Notes under the pieces: generated by a model
What the model was told of the DNA's origin: nothing
What the model saw: the letters and a program-made list of their open reading frames with translations, nothing else
Database searches by the model: none
Position numbers and translations under genes: made by a program
In this document: positions 1 to 8,873 of the stretch, piece by piece
Position numbering within the stretch: the stretch's first letter is position 1
Layout of the letters: each line of letters starts with the position of its first letter
DNA from: an uncultured Candidatus Saccharibacteria bacterium
GTDB lineage: Bacteria; Patescibacteriota; Minisyncoccia; Phycocordibacterales; UBA1550
DNA length: 60,799 bases
Direction of reading: 5' to 3'
Assembly: GCA_964457625.1 (NCBI GenBank)
Contig: CAYWES010000001.1
Coordinates: forward strand, 83,725 to 144,523

Positions 1-381
1 CGCATGACGAAGGAGGCTGAAATGAACGCGACAGAAGATGCGAAAAAGCGCGACGCTGCGGAGAATAAAAATATCCTCGAACAGATGGTATATACTGCAG
101 AGAAAGCACTTCGAGACAACGGAGATAAAGTTCCCGAAGATGTCAAAAAAGCCGTTGAAGAAAAAATCACCCTCGCAAAGACCGCTTCTTCCGGTACCGA
201 CACGGAAGTGATGAAAAAAGCAGGAGAAGAGCTTTCGGCTGAGCTTTCAAAAATTGGCGAGTTTATGGCAAAAGAAGCAAGCACTCACGAAGGTGAGCAA
301 GCCCCTTCAGACGCAGAAAACCAGGAAGGAAAAGTACACGACGCGGAATATAAAGAAGGGGAGAATCCTGAAAATAAATAA
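1..381 (+). CDS. dnaK: Chaperone DnaK (Hsp70), C-terminal fragment; the 5' part lies outside the window
   Basis: Frame 1 is open from base 1. The tail (EAEMNATEDAKKRD..ENKN..YTAEKAL..GDKV..) is a typical Hsp70 lid/C-terminal region. The gene sits directly upstream of dnaJ. Confidence 0.85.
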   Translation, partial: RMTKEAEMNATEDAKKRDAAENKNILEQMVYTAEKALRDNGDKVPEDVKKAVEEKITLAKTASSGTDTEVMKKAGEELSAELSKIGEFMAKEASTHEGEQAPSDAENQEGKVHDAEYKEGENPENK

Positions 382-438
382 GTGGTCTAAGGGTTGATCC
401 TTGGCGTATTGTGCTTTTGGTTCTATACTCTGGCTAGC

Positions 439-1500
439 ATGGCAAAAGACTATTATAAAACTCTCGGCGTGGAAAAGAACGCTTCCAAGGACGATATAAA
501 GAAAGCGTTCCGTCGCCTTGCGCATAAATATCACCCGGACAAGAGTGGTGGTGATACGGAGAAGTTTAAGGAGGTAAACGAGGCATACCAAGTACTCTCT
601 GATGAGACCAAGCGTGCTCACTATGATCGCTTTGGGGATGCGCATGGAGCTCAAGGGTTTGGTGGGGCAGAGGGATTTGATTTCTCGGGCTTTGGAGGGC
701 AAGGATTTGAAGGAGTAGATCTCAATGATATCTTTGGAGATATTTTTGGTGGTCGCGGAAGAGGTCGTTCGCAAGTACGTCGCGGGCAGGATATATCGGT
801 GGATGTGCCAATTAGTTTTCGTGACGCGGTATTTGGCGTGGAGCACAGGATATCACTCACACACCATGTCTCCTGTGAGTCTTGCAAAGGGAACGGCGCA
901 AAATCGGGGACCAAAGAAATCTCCTGCACACGCTGTGGGGGCAAGGGGCAGATTACTGAGACGCGCCAGTCAATACTCGGTGCTTTTGTGCAGACGAGAG
1001 TTTGTGATAGCTGTCATGGCGTAGGCAAGGTTCCCGAAGAAAAATGCCCAACATGCAAAGGGCAGGGGATTACGCGCAAGAAAGAAGATATCACCATTGC
1101 TATCCCCGCAGGAATCCAAAGCGGAGAGATGGTGCGCCTTACGGGGGCGGGGGAGGCTATCTCGCACGGTACGCCGGGAGATCTCTATGTGAGGATTCAT
1201 GTGGCTCCTCACAAGGTCTTTGCGCGTGATGGTGCGCATCTCATCGCAACACTTGAAGTAAAGCTCTCCGACGCACTCCTGGGCGCGGAATATCCTTTTG
1301 AAACCCTGGATGGGAATATCGCGCTTACTATTCCACGAGGAATCTCTTCGGGGGAGGTCCTCCGTATTCGAGAAAAGGGTGTCCCCATCGACAAAAAGCG
1401 TCGTGGCGATATTTTTGTAAAAGTACTCATCAAAAATCCCGCAAGACTCTCAAAAAAAGCAGAACAGCTCATCAAAGAACTCAAAGAAGAGGGGATATAA
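439..1500 (+). CDS. dnaJ: Co-chaperone DnaJ
   Basis: J-domain with an HPD motif (KYHPDK), a G/F-rich linker, four CxxCxGxG zinc-finger repeats and C-terminal client-binding domains. I prefer the ATG at 439 ([11 protein letters not shown]) to the TTG at 394 in the ORF track. Confidence 0.95.
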   Translation: MAKDYYKTLGVEKNASKDDIKKAFRRLAHKYHPDKSGGDTEKFKEVNEAYQVLSDETKRAHYDRFGDAHGAQGFGGAEGFDFSGFGGQGFEGVDLNDIFGDIFGGRGRGRSQVRRGQDISVDVPISFRDAVFGVEHRISLTHHVSCESCKGNGAKSGTKEISCTRCGGKGQITETRQSILGAFVQTRVCDSCHGVGKVPEEKCPTCKGQGITRKKEDITIAIPAGIQSGEMVRLTGAGEAISHGTPGDLYVRIHVAPHKVFARDGAHLIATLEVKLSDALLGAEYPFETLDGNIALTIPRGISSGEVLRIREKGVPIDKKRRGDIFVKVLIKNPARLSKKAEQLIKELKEEGI

Positions 1501-1548
1501 CAAGAAAGACAACGAGGGGTTCTATGGTACTATTAAGAAAATTTTTCT

Positions 1549-3333
1549 ATGACCTCATCTAAACATAAAAAACAAGACACGCTCAAAGGGCTGTATGTTC
1601 TTTGGCAGTATATACGCACGTATCAAAAGGAACTCACCATCCTTTCGATCCTTGGTATTTTCTCAGCGTTTGCAAATGGTTCTGTTCCTTATATCTTAGG
1701 TAAGTTTTTTGATGCGATTATTAGTCAGCCTAATCCTTTGTATATCGGAGGCGAGGCAATAGCATGGTGGGCAATTCTCCTTGCTCTGTGGGCTATGGTG
1801 CAATGTATTGCGATAGCTTCGGACTGGACCAATGATAGGAGGCTCCATCTGTGGGGAGGACAGATGTATATAGATTATCGCGTGAACGCCTTTACGCGCC
1901 TCATTCTTCTCCCACTTCAATTTCACAAAGAGAAACGACATGGAGAAGTCATGGAAGCGACAGGGCGCGCTGCGAATGGTTTATATTCCATTATTACGTA
2001 TACTTTGGTGCGCTTGGCGCCCCAATTCATCAGCATTATTATCGGTCTCGGTTTTATGCTCTCTATGAATGTCCCCCTCGCACTTGTCCTTTTGGCAGGG
2101 GTATTATCGTATGTTTATGTTTTGGTGCGAATAGCCCCACAGAGCGTCGCGCTTCAACGTTCCGTTCATAAAAAATGGGGAGAAGCGTATAGTGCGGGAT
2201 CGGAAGCACTTGTAAATATTACGACGGTAAAACAGTCTGCTGCAGAAGAAAATCAATTCGGTCATATTTCCCGAATGTATACCGCGGCGCATCTACTCGG
2301 GACAAAAATTGAATGGCTTTGGTCAAACCTCAACTTTTCTCAAAAGATTATTGTGGTAGGGACACAGCTCGTTATTTTTATATTATCGGTTTTTTCTATC
2401 ATGGCAGGAACGCTCACGCTCGGAGAGCTCGTTGCGTTTAATGGCTATGCGGCTATGGTCTTTGCGCCATTTGTTACACTCGGGCAAAATTGGCAGACAG
2501 TCCAGAATGGTCTCACTGCTCTTGAGCGTGCGGAAAAGATTTTTGCTGCAGAGCCTGAAGTATACGAACCCAAAAATGGAATAAAAGACATTCCCCTCAG
2601 TGGCGCTATAGAGTTTAAAAATGTTTCTTTCTCATATGGGAAGAACATCCCCGTGCTTCAAGACGTGAGCTTCACGGCAAAACCGGGCGAAACGGTGGCA
2701 CTTGTAGGAGAATCTGGCGCGGGGAAGTCAACACTCATTGATCTCATATCCGGGTACAATTTCCCCACAAAGGGGACCGTTTCTATAGATGGTTTTTCTA
2801 CAAAAAAGTTTTTCCTGAAGTTCTTGAGAAATCAGATTGCGATTGTTCCTCAAGAAGTCGTTCTTTTCCATGATACGATAAAGAAAAATATTGGCTATGG
2901 TCGCCCTCGAGCTTCTTTTGCGGATATTCAAGAAGCGGCACGTATCTCCCATGCAGATCATTTTATCGAAGCATTTCCTAAGAAATACGAGACGCTCGTA
3001 GGAGAGCGAGGGGTCAAGCTCTCGGTGGGGCAAAAGCAACGCATCGGTATCGCCCGTGCAGTACTTCGTGATCCAAAAATTCTTATTCTTGATGAGCCTA
3101 CCAGTGCCCTTGATAGCGAGACAGAAAGATTTGTCACCGATGCGCTTAATCACGTCATGCAAGGACGCACCACATTTATCATTGCACATCGACTAAGCAC
3201 CGTGCGCAGAGCAGACAAAATTCTTGTTTTAGATAAAGGAAAGATTGTTGAACAAGGAACTCACGAAGAACTAATGCAGATTGAAAACGGTAACTACCGC
3301 CGCCGCTATGAGTTACACATAGGGCTAGTGTAG
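1549..3333 (+). CDS. ABC exporter, fused permease/ATPase (MsbA/lipid-multidrug exporter-like)
   Basis: N-terminal multi-TM exporter domain. C-terminal NBD with Walker A GESGAGKST, signature LSVGQKQR and Walker B ILILDEPTSALD. Confidence 0.9.
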   Translation: MTSSKHKKQDTLKGLYVLWQYIRTYQKELTILSILGIFSAFANGSVPYILGKFFDAIISQPNPLYIGGEAIAWWAILLALWAMVQCIAIASDWTNDRRLHLWGGQMYIDYRVNAFTRLILLPLQFHKEKRHGEVMEATGRAANGLYSIITYTLVRLAPQFISIIIGLGFMLSMNVPLALVLLAGVLSYVYVLVRIAPQSVALQRSVHKKWGEAYSAGSEALVNITTVKQSAAEENQFGHISRMYTAAHLLGTKIEWLWSNLNFSQKIIVVGTQLVIFILSVFSIMAGTLTLGELVAFNGYAAMVFAPFVTLGQNWQTVQNGLTALERAEKIFAAEPEVYEPKNGIKDIPLSGAIEFKNVSFSYGKNIPVLQDVSFTAKPGETVALVGESGAGKSTLIDLISGYNFPTKGTVSIDGFSTKKFFLKFLRNQIAIVPQEVVLFHDTIKKNIGYGRPRASFADIQEAARISHADHFIEAFPKKYETLVGERGVKLSVGQKQRIGIARAVLRDPKILILDEPTSALDSETERFVTDALNHVMQGRTTFIIAHRLSTVRRADKILVLDKGKIVEQGTHEELMQIENGNYRRRYELHIGLV

Positions 3334-3345
3334 TCTGAAATTCGT

Positions 3346-3942
3346 ATGGAAAAATTTACATTTTTAAGCGGAGAACATCAAGCACCGCGCCCGATTGTCG
3401 AGAGTGGCGCTCAGTATATTCAGCCTGGCTCACGAGTACTTGATTTTGGTATTGGAAGTGGTCGCAATAGTGTTTTTCTCGCAGAGAAAGGTTTTGAGGT
3501 TGATGGATATGATATTTCAGAAAAAGCTGTTGCAGAACTGGAGCATGTTGTTGAGGAGAGAAAGCTTCCGATGCATGTGTACCAAATGGATTTTCAAGAG
3601 AATACACCGTCGTTTGCCCAGTATGGTTTTGTGAATGCGTTGTTTGTACTCCACTTTTTGTCGAAGGAGCGTGGTGAAGAGATCGTAAAGAGAATGACTC
3701 AGGACGCTCCTTCTGGAGCGGTACACGTTCATGCGGTGATTACGGCAGAGGGAGATTTTTATGCAGTCCCAAAGAATCAGGACAAATATTATCCGAAACC
3801 TGGAGAACTCAGAGAATTTTACGAAAATGCGGGTTGGGATATCAAAGAATTTTTTGAAAAATCTCAACCTATGCTGGCGAAACATGAGGACGGCACACCC
3901 GCTCAAAACCTTGTGTCGTTTCTTGTCGCAGTAAAAAAGTAA
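3346..3942 (+). CDS. Class I SAM-dependent methyltransferase (TehB-like)
   Basis: SAM-binding motif VLDFGIGSGRNSVFLAEKGFEVDGYDIS. The 198-aa single-domain size fits the family. Confidence 0.7.
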   Translation: MEKFTFLSGEHQAPRPIVESGAQYIQPGSRVLDFGIGSGRNSVFLAEKGFEVDGYDISEKAVAELEHVVEERKLPMHVYQMDFQENTPSFAQYGFVNALFVLHFLSKERGEEIVKRMTQDAPSGAVHVHAVITAEGDFYAVPKNQDKYYPKPGELREFYENAGWDIKEFFEKSQPMLAKHEDGTPAQNLVSFLVAVKK

Positions 3943-3948
3943 GGTCTT

Positions 3949-4251
3949 TTATAAAGGAGCCTTTAAATCGTAGAGCACTTGGGTAGGAATAACAGATTCA
4001 ATACATTCCTGCATGATTGCACGGTGGGTACGATTGATTTCACGTTCTTGATTGCTTGGAGTAATGTTGTTGCCCTCCATATGGGCTACAACATACATAT
4101 CGCCATTAATTTCAAAAAGCTCAAAGATCTCATGAGTGCAACCTTCTTCCTGCAAGGTATCAACTGCTTCATCATGCAACTCTGTACGAACCTTTGCAGT
4201 CCAAGCCCTAAATTTCTCTACCTTGTCAGCCTTTAATTTAAATATTTTCAT
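3949..4251 (-). CDS. Small hypothetical protein (100 aa); possibly DUF6176-like, recalled from memory only
   Basis: Clean 100-aa ORF filling the gap between two plus-strand genes. I recognise no catalytic motif. Confidence 0.55.
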   Translation of the reverse strand: MKIFKLKADKVEKFRAWTAKVRTELHDEAVDTLQEEGCTHEIFELFEINGDMYVVAHMEGNNITPSNQEREINRTHRAIMQECIESVIPTQVLYDLKAPL

Positions 4252-4253
4252 TA

Positions 4254-4262
4254 TGTTACAAT
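4254..4262 (+). promoter_or_regulatory. Extended -10 box TGtTACAAT, 6 nt upstream of the ATG at 4269 (predicted leaderless start)
   Basis: Read directly from the sequence. The whole intergenic spacer to the divergent gene is only 17 nt and contains no SD. Confidence 0.5.
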
Positions 4263-4268
4263 GGTAGC

Positions 4269-4883
4269 ATGACTAATGCAGAGAAAAAACAACAAGTACT
4301 GATTATCCATGGAGGGACGAGCTATAAAGACAGGGAAGATTTTTTGGAAGGGCTCAGACAAAAACAGGTGAACCTTGAGTGGATTGTGGCTCAAAATGAT
4401 TGGAAGGATTACTTACCAGAGAATTTAGGTGAAGATTTTGTGGTATATGCGCCGTCAATGCCCAACAAGCAAAACGCTCAGTATGAAGAGTGGAAAATTA
4501 TGTTTGAGAAGATTTTCACACTTCTTGATGAAAACCCAATTCTCATAGGACATTCTCTAGGGGGAATTTTTCTCGCAAAGTATCTCTCAGAAAATACTGT
4601 TGCCAAAAAGATAAAAAAGACATTTCTTGTAGCTGCCCCACTTTATGACGACCTTGAAGGCGAAGGACTTTATTCATTTGCGCATACAGGAGATTTGCAA
4701 GGGCTCCACAAACAGGGAGGAGAGATCTATATCTATCATAGCGAAGACGATTATGTCGTACCATGTAGTCATGGAGCGGGTTATCATGAAGCACTCCCTG
4801 GTTCAATATTACGCAGTCTCAAAGATCTAGGACACCTAAAGGTTCCTCACATTCCTGGGCTCATAGAAGATATCAAAAAGTAA
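4269..4883 (+). CDS. Alpha/beta-fold serine hydrolase (YdeN/RBBP9-like)
   Basis: Nucleophile elbow GHSLGG. Single-domain size of 204 aa, with Asp and His downstream (SEDDYVV ... GHL). Confidence 0.7.
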   Translation: MTNAEKKQQVLIIHGGTSYKDREDFLEGLRQKQVNLEWIVAQNDWKDYLPENLGEDFVVYAPSMPNKQNAQYEEWKIMFEKIFTLLDENPILIGHSLGGIFLAKYLSENTVAKKIKKTFLVAAPLYDDLEGEGLYSFAHTGDLQGLHKQGGEIYIYHSEDDYVVPCSHGAGYHEALPGSILRSLKDLGHLKVPHIPGLIEDIKK

Positions 4884-4964
4884 ATCTGAGATAATAAAGA
4901 CCAAAATAGTTCTCGTTGAGGAATTTTTGTGGTATTATAAATGTGTTGAAGGTTCTCTCGTAGA

Positions 4965-5669
4965 ATGAAAATTATTCCCCTCGTAACTCAGACAATTCTG
5001 TGGCTCATTACTCGGCCACTTTTTTTGATGTTCGTAAGGGCGAAGACTTATGGGAAAGAGGGTTTGAAAAAAGCTCCGCGGAATGCGATTCTCGCGGTAA
5101 ATCATGTCAGTCAGCTTGACCCAATCATGGTTCTGGTGACACTGGGGCCTTGGTCTCATCTTATGCCCGTGTTTTCTGTTTCTCAGCAAAAGGAATTTTA
5201 CAAGAAAATAGGTCTCTTCGCTCGGTTTTTTTATGGAGGTGTTCTTTTCCGTGCTTTGGGGGCTCATCCCATCCATGTTGGAGCAGGGAACTACGAGCTT
5301 TCTCTCAAAACGCATATTACCATCCTTGAAAAAGGCGGAACCGTAGGTATTTTCCCCGAAGGAAAGAGGACAATAGACGGCACGGTGGGAGAGGCAAGAC
5401 CCGGAGTGGCGTACCTTTTGTGGCGCACAGGAGTTCCTGTCGTCCCCGTGGCGCTCCACGGGCACTATGATATGACAGCAAAGAGTTTCTTTACGCGTAA
5501 GCGCACGATTTCAGTTCATTACGGCAAGCCAATATATAGAGAAGAGCTTTTCCCTCATAACCTAGAAAACAACCCTCCCTCAAAAGAGCAGTTTAAGGCT
5601 GCCGCGCAAGTCATCATGGGGCGAATAAGAGAGATGCATGAAGCAAAAGAAATTCATAAAAAGACGTAG
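4965..5669 (+). CDS. plsC: 1-acyl-sn-glycerol-3-phosphate acyltransferase family (PlsC-like)
   Basis: HX4D motif NHVSQLD, FPEGKRT motif and an N-terminal membrane anchor. Confidence 0.85.
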   Translation: MKIIPLVTQTILWLITRPLFLMFVRAKTYGKEGLKKAPRNAILAVNHVSQLDPIMVLVTLGPWSHLMPVFSVSQQKEFYKKIGLFARFFYGGVLFRALGAHPIHVGAGNYELSLKTHITILEKGGTVGIFPEGKRTIDGTVGEARPGVAYLLWRTGVPVVPVALHGHYDMTAKSFFTRKRTISVHYGKPIYREELFPHNLENNPPSKEQFKAAAQVIMGRIREMHEAKEIHKKT

Positions 5670-5687
5670 TGATAGTATCTGTGCTTG

Positions 5688-5696
5688 TGGTATAAT
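5688..5696 (+). promoter_or_regulatory. Extended -10 box TGgTATAAT, 7 nt upstream of the ATG at 5704 (predicted leaderless start)
   Basis: Read directly from the sequence. No SD lies between the box and the ATG. Confidence 0.55.
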
Positions 5697-5703
5697 GTGA
5701 GAT

Positions 5704-6411
5704 ATGTTGGATTCTAAATTTTGGGCAAAATACTTCCGCGTCTATGATGCTTTAAATCAGCTCATCCCGTACCAAGACCTAATGTCTTTGTTTGTGGAAA
5801 AAACAAAAGAATTGGCGAGAGGGGAAGAGATTCTTGATCTTGGTTCTGGGACAGGCAATCTCTATTCTCGCCTTGAAGCTGAAGGATATATTCTGAAAGG
5901 AGTTGATTTCTCTGAAGAAGGAATTGCTTTACATAAAGAAAAGAAACCTAATGGAGAAGTGATACACGCGGATATTACCAAAATATTACCCTTTCACGAT
6001 GAGGCTTTTGATGGAATAGTAACCAATAATGTCATTTATACACTTTCCCCCGAAGAGCAGATAAAAGTTTTTAAAGAAGTATATCGCAAGGTTAAGCCTA
6101 GTGGGTTTCTCATTAGCTCCAATCTCGCTCCCGATTTTCGGGCGGGTAAAATTTACAACGCACACATTAAACAGTCACTTATTCGAAAAGGACTTTTAAA
6201 AACATTGCTTGATGTAATTCGTTTCTCGATTCCTACTGTTAAAATTTTTTACTATAATTTTTTAATTAAAAGACAAAATATGGGAGGCGGATATCACTTT
6301 CTAGATGAAGCCACTCAAGAACGTTTAATCTCTGATGCAGGGTTCCATATTCTTGGAAGCACAAGAACGTATGGGGGCCAAGCGGTTTGCACGTGGGCCA
6401 GGAAGGACTAA
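5704..6411 (+). CDS. Class I SAM-dependent methyltransferase
   Basis: Motif I ILDLGSGTGNL and a post-I acidic residue (GVDFS). The stop TAA is followed immediately by the ATG of the next gene. Confidence 0.8.
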   Translation: MLDSKFWAKYFRVYDALNQLIPYQDLMSLFVEKTKELARGEEILDLGSGTGNLYSRLEAEGYILKGVDFSEEGIALHKEKKPNGEVIHADITKILPFHDEAFDGIVTNNVIYTLSPEEQIKVFKEVYRKVKPSGFLISSNLAPDFRAGKIYNAHIKQSLIRKGLLKTLLDVIRFSIPTVKIFYYNFLIKRQNMGGGYHFLDEATQERLISDAGFHILGSTRTYGGQAVCTWARKD

Positions 6412-7164
6412 ATGAAAATATACGAGCGGTTAAAATTTAATCACGAAGGTAAGACCAAAGAGATATTTTTCGGAGTACCAGAAACTGCTGAGGAGCTTGA
6501 AAAAATGTATTCTCTCCGTTTTGCTGTGTATGACAAAAAAGATTATTTTAAAGAAGACCTTGATATTAAAACAGACCAAGATCTTTTAGACCAAGAAGGG
6601 AAGTGTCTCTATATTGTTGCTCTTGTAGATGATGGGAGAATCTTAGGAGCGGTTCGGCTCATTCGTGACGATGTGTTGCCTACAGAAAAGTTTTTTAAAT
6701 TTAAAGAACCTGTTGAAATTTCAAGGATTCCTCGGAGCGCTCGAGGTGAGATAGGGCGGTTGGTCGTTCAGCAGTATTCGGGAGACTCCTTTTTTCCAAG
6801 AAATCTTATTCTCTTGTTCATGTTAAAATCTCTTCTTCGCCTTGGGTCAGAAGTTGGCATAGAGGGAGGATATTCATTTGTGAAAAAGACCCTTTGGAAT
6901 AAGCTTGCAAAGCTTGGTGTCCCTATTCATTTGATTCCTGACTATGTGCAAACATATCCAGAAGACGGCTCCCTTTATAATTATTTTAATCAAGAAAAGG
7001 ATCCAGTTTCCCCTACTTTTTTCTTACTTTCTGAGGCAGAAAAATATTTTGAATATTTGCTCGGCGCAAACTCTAAATTGGTACACAAAGAAAAGGACAC
7101 GGATGTATATATACTCAATGATTCACTGTACACAAAGTTTCTAAAACAAATGAAGGTTTTATAA
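6412..7164 (+). CDS. GNAT-fold N-acyltransferase of the FeeM / LuxI-like (N-acyl amino acid or acyl-HSL synthase) type
   Basis: The pattern LRFAVY..(D..D)..ILGAVRL..P.E..F......GEIGRLVV matches the autoinducer-synthase/FeeM core arrangement as I remember it. The gene is translationally coupled to the upstream methyltransferase. Confidence 0.5.
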   Translation: MKIYERLKFNHEGKTKEIFFGVPETAEELEKMYSLRFAVYDKKDYFKEDLDIKTDQDLLDQEGKCLYIVALVDDGRILGAVRLIRDDVLPTEKFFKFKEPVEISRIPRSARGEIGRLVVQQYSGDSFFPRNLILLFMLKSLLRLGSEVGIEGGYSFVKKTLWNKLAKLGVPIHLIPDYVQTYPEDGSLYNYFNQEKDPVSPTFFLLSEAEKYFEYLLGANSKLVHKEKDTDVYILNDSLYTKFLKQMKVL

Positions 7165-7169
7165 AAACG

Positions 7170-7178
7170 TGTTAAAAT
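7170..7178 (+). promoter_or_regulatory. Extended -10 box TGtTAAAAT, 6 nt upstream of the ATG at 7185
   Basis: Read directly from the sequence. Confidence 0.5.
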
Positions 7179-7184
7179 ATAAGG

Positions 7185-8840
7185 ATGGAAGCAATGATCC
7201 CGCCCCTGCTCGCAATCTCGGCTGTCGCTAATTTTCTTATTTGTGTCTTGATAGTCCTTCAGGGGTATCGAGGCGTTTTCATCTTTGCTATTCTTGGTGT
7301 TGCGTGTTGGGATGTATCAATTCTTTTTTTCCATCTAAACGTATTTACGTTTTTGAATTGGGTGTCCTTTGCTCACTTCTTTGCTCTTGTTGTTGTTTTC
7401 TCTTATTATCTCTTTGCTTTTAAATTTCCACGCGAAACCATAAAAGAGAAAAATAAAATATCCCTATATATCTTACCCGCGGTATGTTTCCTTGTTGCCA
7501 CGGTTGCAATTTTCCTTACAAATTGGGTGGTAGGGGATGTTGACTATGGGAATCAAGTATATGTAATCGGTAAATATTATCCGATATACGGCACTCTCAT
7601 CACATTTTATTTCTCTGTAGGTTCTTTTGTTCTCTATAAACAGTTTATTGATTCGACTGACCAAACAGAGAAACAACAGGTTCGCTTGGTTCTAGCTGGT
7701 GCAATCGTATCTATTTTGATTGCCACTGTTGCTGATTTATTGCTTCCTTATCTCTCGTCATTTGAGTATATATGGATAGGTCCTTTTTCGACAATTCTAT
7801 TGGTGGTCGCAGTATCGGTTGCGATTCTTAAGTATCATCTATTCAGTATTAAGTTAATCATTGCAGAGGCCGCGCTTATTTTGTTGAACTTTCTGCTATT
7901 CGCTAACGCTGCTTTTTCTCAAGACAGCACAATCTTGGCACTAAATGTTCTACTCTCTTTCTCAGTTTTGTTTTTCTCCATCCTTATCATCCGCGGTATC
8001 TACAAAGACATCAAAGATCGTGAACGTATCCAAAAGCTGGCAAATGATATGACTACTGCGAATAAGCGCTTGCTTGCCCTTGAGCAACAAAAAACAGAGT
8101 TCATCTCTATTGCGTCTCACCAGCTACGCACACCGATGACGGTTATTAAAGGCTATGCGTCCATGGTGCTTGAAGGAGCTTTTGGGAAGCTTTCGCCGGG
8201 GGCCTATGATGCGATGGAGAAACTCTATAAGGCAAGTGAGAAAATCGTTGCCCTTATTGAGGACCTTCTCACGGTGTCGCGCCTTGAGCAGGGGAGAGGG
8301 TTGCCTATTTTTGAAAAGGTGCTTTTTGCAAAATTCCTTCGAGAAACCCTTGAGCCCTTTTCCAAAGAAGCCGAGGAGATGGGACTTCGCCTCTCCTTTG
8401 TGGCGGCAGAGGGAAGCGAATCTACGCTTGTATCCATTGATAAGAAAAAAATTGCACAAGCGCTCAAGCACCTCATTGATAATGCCATGAAATATACGAA
8501 AGCTCCCGGCAGAATCAGTGTCACCTTGGCACACGATGGATCCAAAGGACGCGTGTATCTTTCCATCTCTGATACGGGTATCGGTATGACCGAGGAAGAA
8601 ATCACCTCGCTTCTCCATACAGGGAGCCTCAACGATACCGATACGCGAGGATTCTTTGGTAATAGTGATGTATCTTCAGAGAAGTCTTCTTCAAAAAAAC
8701 TCCTTTCAAGCGAGCGTGTCGTAGGAATAGGTTTTTATATCGCGCAAGAAATCATCGTTGCTCACTACGGGGCTATTCATATAGAGTCTGAGGGAGCAGG
8801 ACGCGGTACTACGGTGACGGTAGAGCTTCCCGAGGTTTAA
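7185..8840 (+). CDS. Sensor histidine kinase with a multi-pass (about 7-8 TM) N-terminal sensor domain; atypical ATP-lid
   Basis: H-box SHQLRTPMT, N-box LIDNAMKYT and G1 ISDTGIGM. The G2 region is degenerate (VGIGFY) and preceded by a Ser-rich insertion. Confidence 0.85.
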   Translation: MEAMIPPLLAISAVANFLICVLIVLQGYRGVFIFAILGVACWDVSILFFHLNVFTFLNWVSFAHFFALVVVFSYYLFAFKFPRETIKEKNKISLYILPAVCFLVATVAIFLTNWVVGDVDYGNQVYVIGKYYPIYGTLITFYFSVGSFVLYKQFIDSTDQTEKQQVRLVLAGAIVSILIATVADLLLPYLSSFEYIWIGPFSTILLVVAVSVAILKYHLFSIKLIIAEAALILLNFLLFANAAFSQDSTILALNVLLSFSVLFFSILIIRGIYKDIKDRERIQKLANDMTTANKRLLALEQQKTEFISIASHQLRTPMTVIKGYASMVLEGAFGKLSPGAYDAMEKLYKASEKIVALIEDLLTVSRLEQGRGLPIFEKVLFAKFLRETLEPFSKEAEEMGLRLSFVAAEGSESTLVSIDKKKIAQALKHLIDNAMKYTKAPGRISVTLAHDGSKGRVYLSISDTGIGMTEEEITSLLHTGSLNDTDTRGFFGNSDVSSEKSSSKKLLSSERVVGIGFYIAQEIIVAHYGAIHIESEGAGRGTTVTVELPEV

Positions 8841-8858
8841 AGAATGAGTGAGAACTCG

Positions 8859-8867
8859 TGATATACT
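8859..8867 (+). promoter_or_regulatory. Extended -10 box TGaTATACT, 6 nt upstream of the ATG at 8874
   Basis: Read directly from the sequence. Confidence 0.5.
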
Positions 8868-8873
8868 ATAGCC

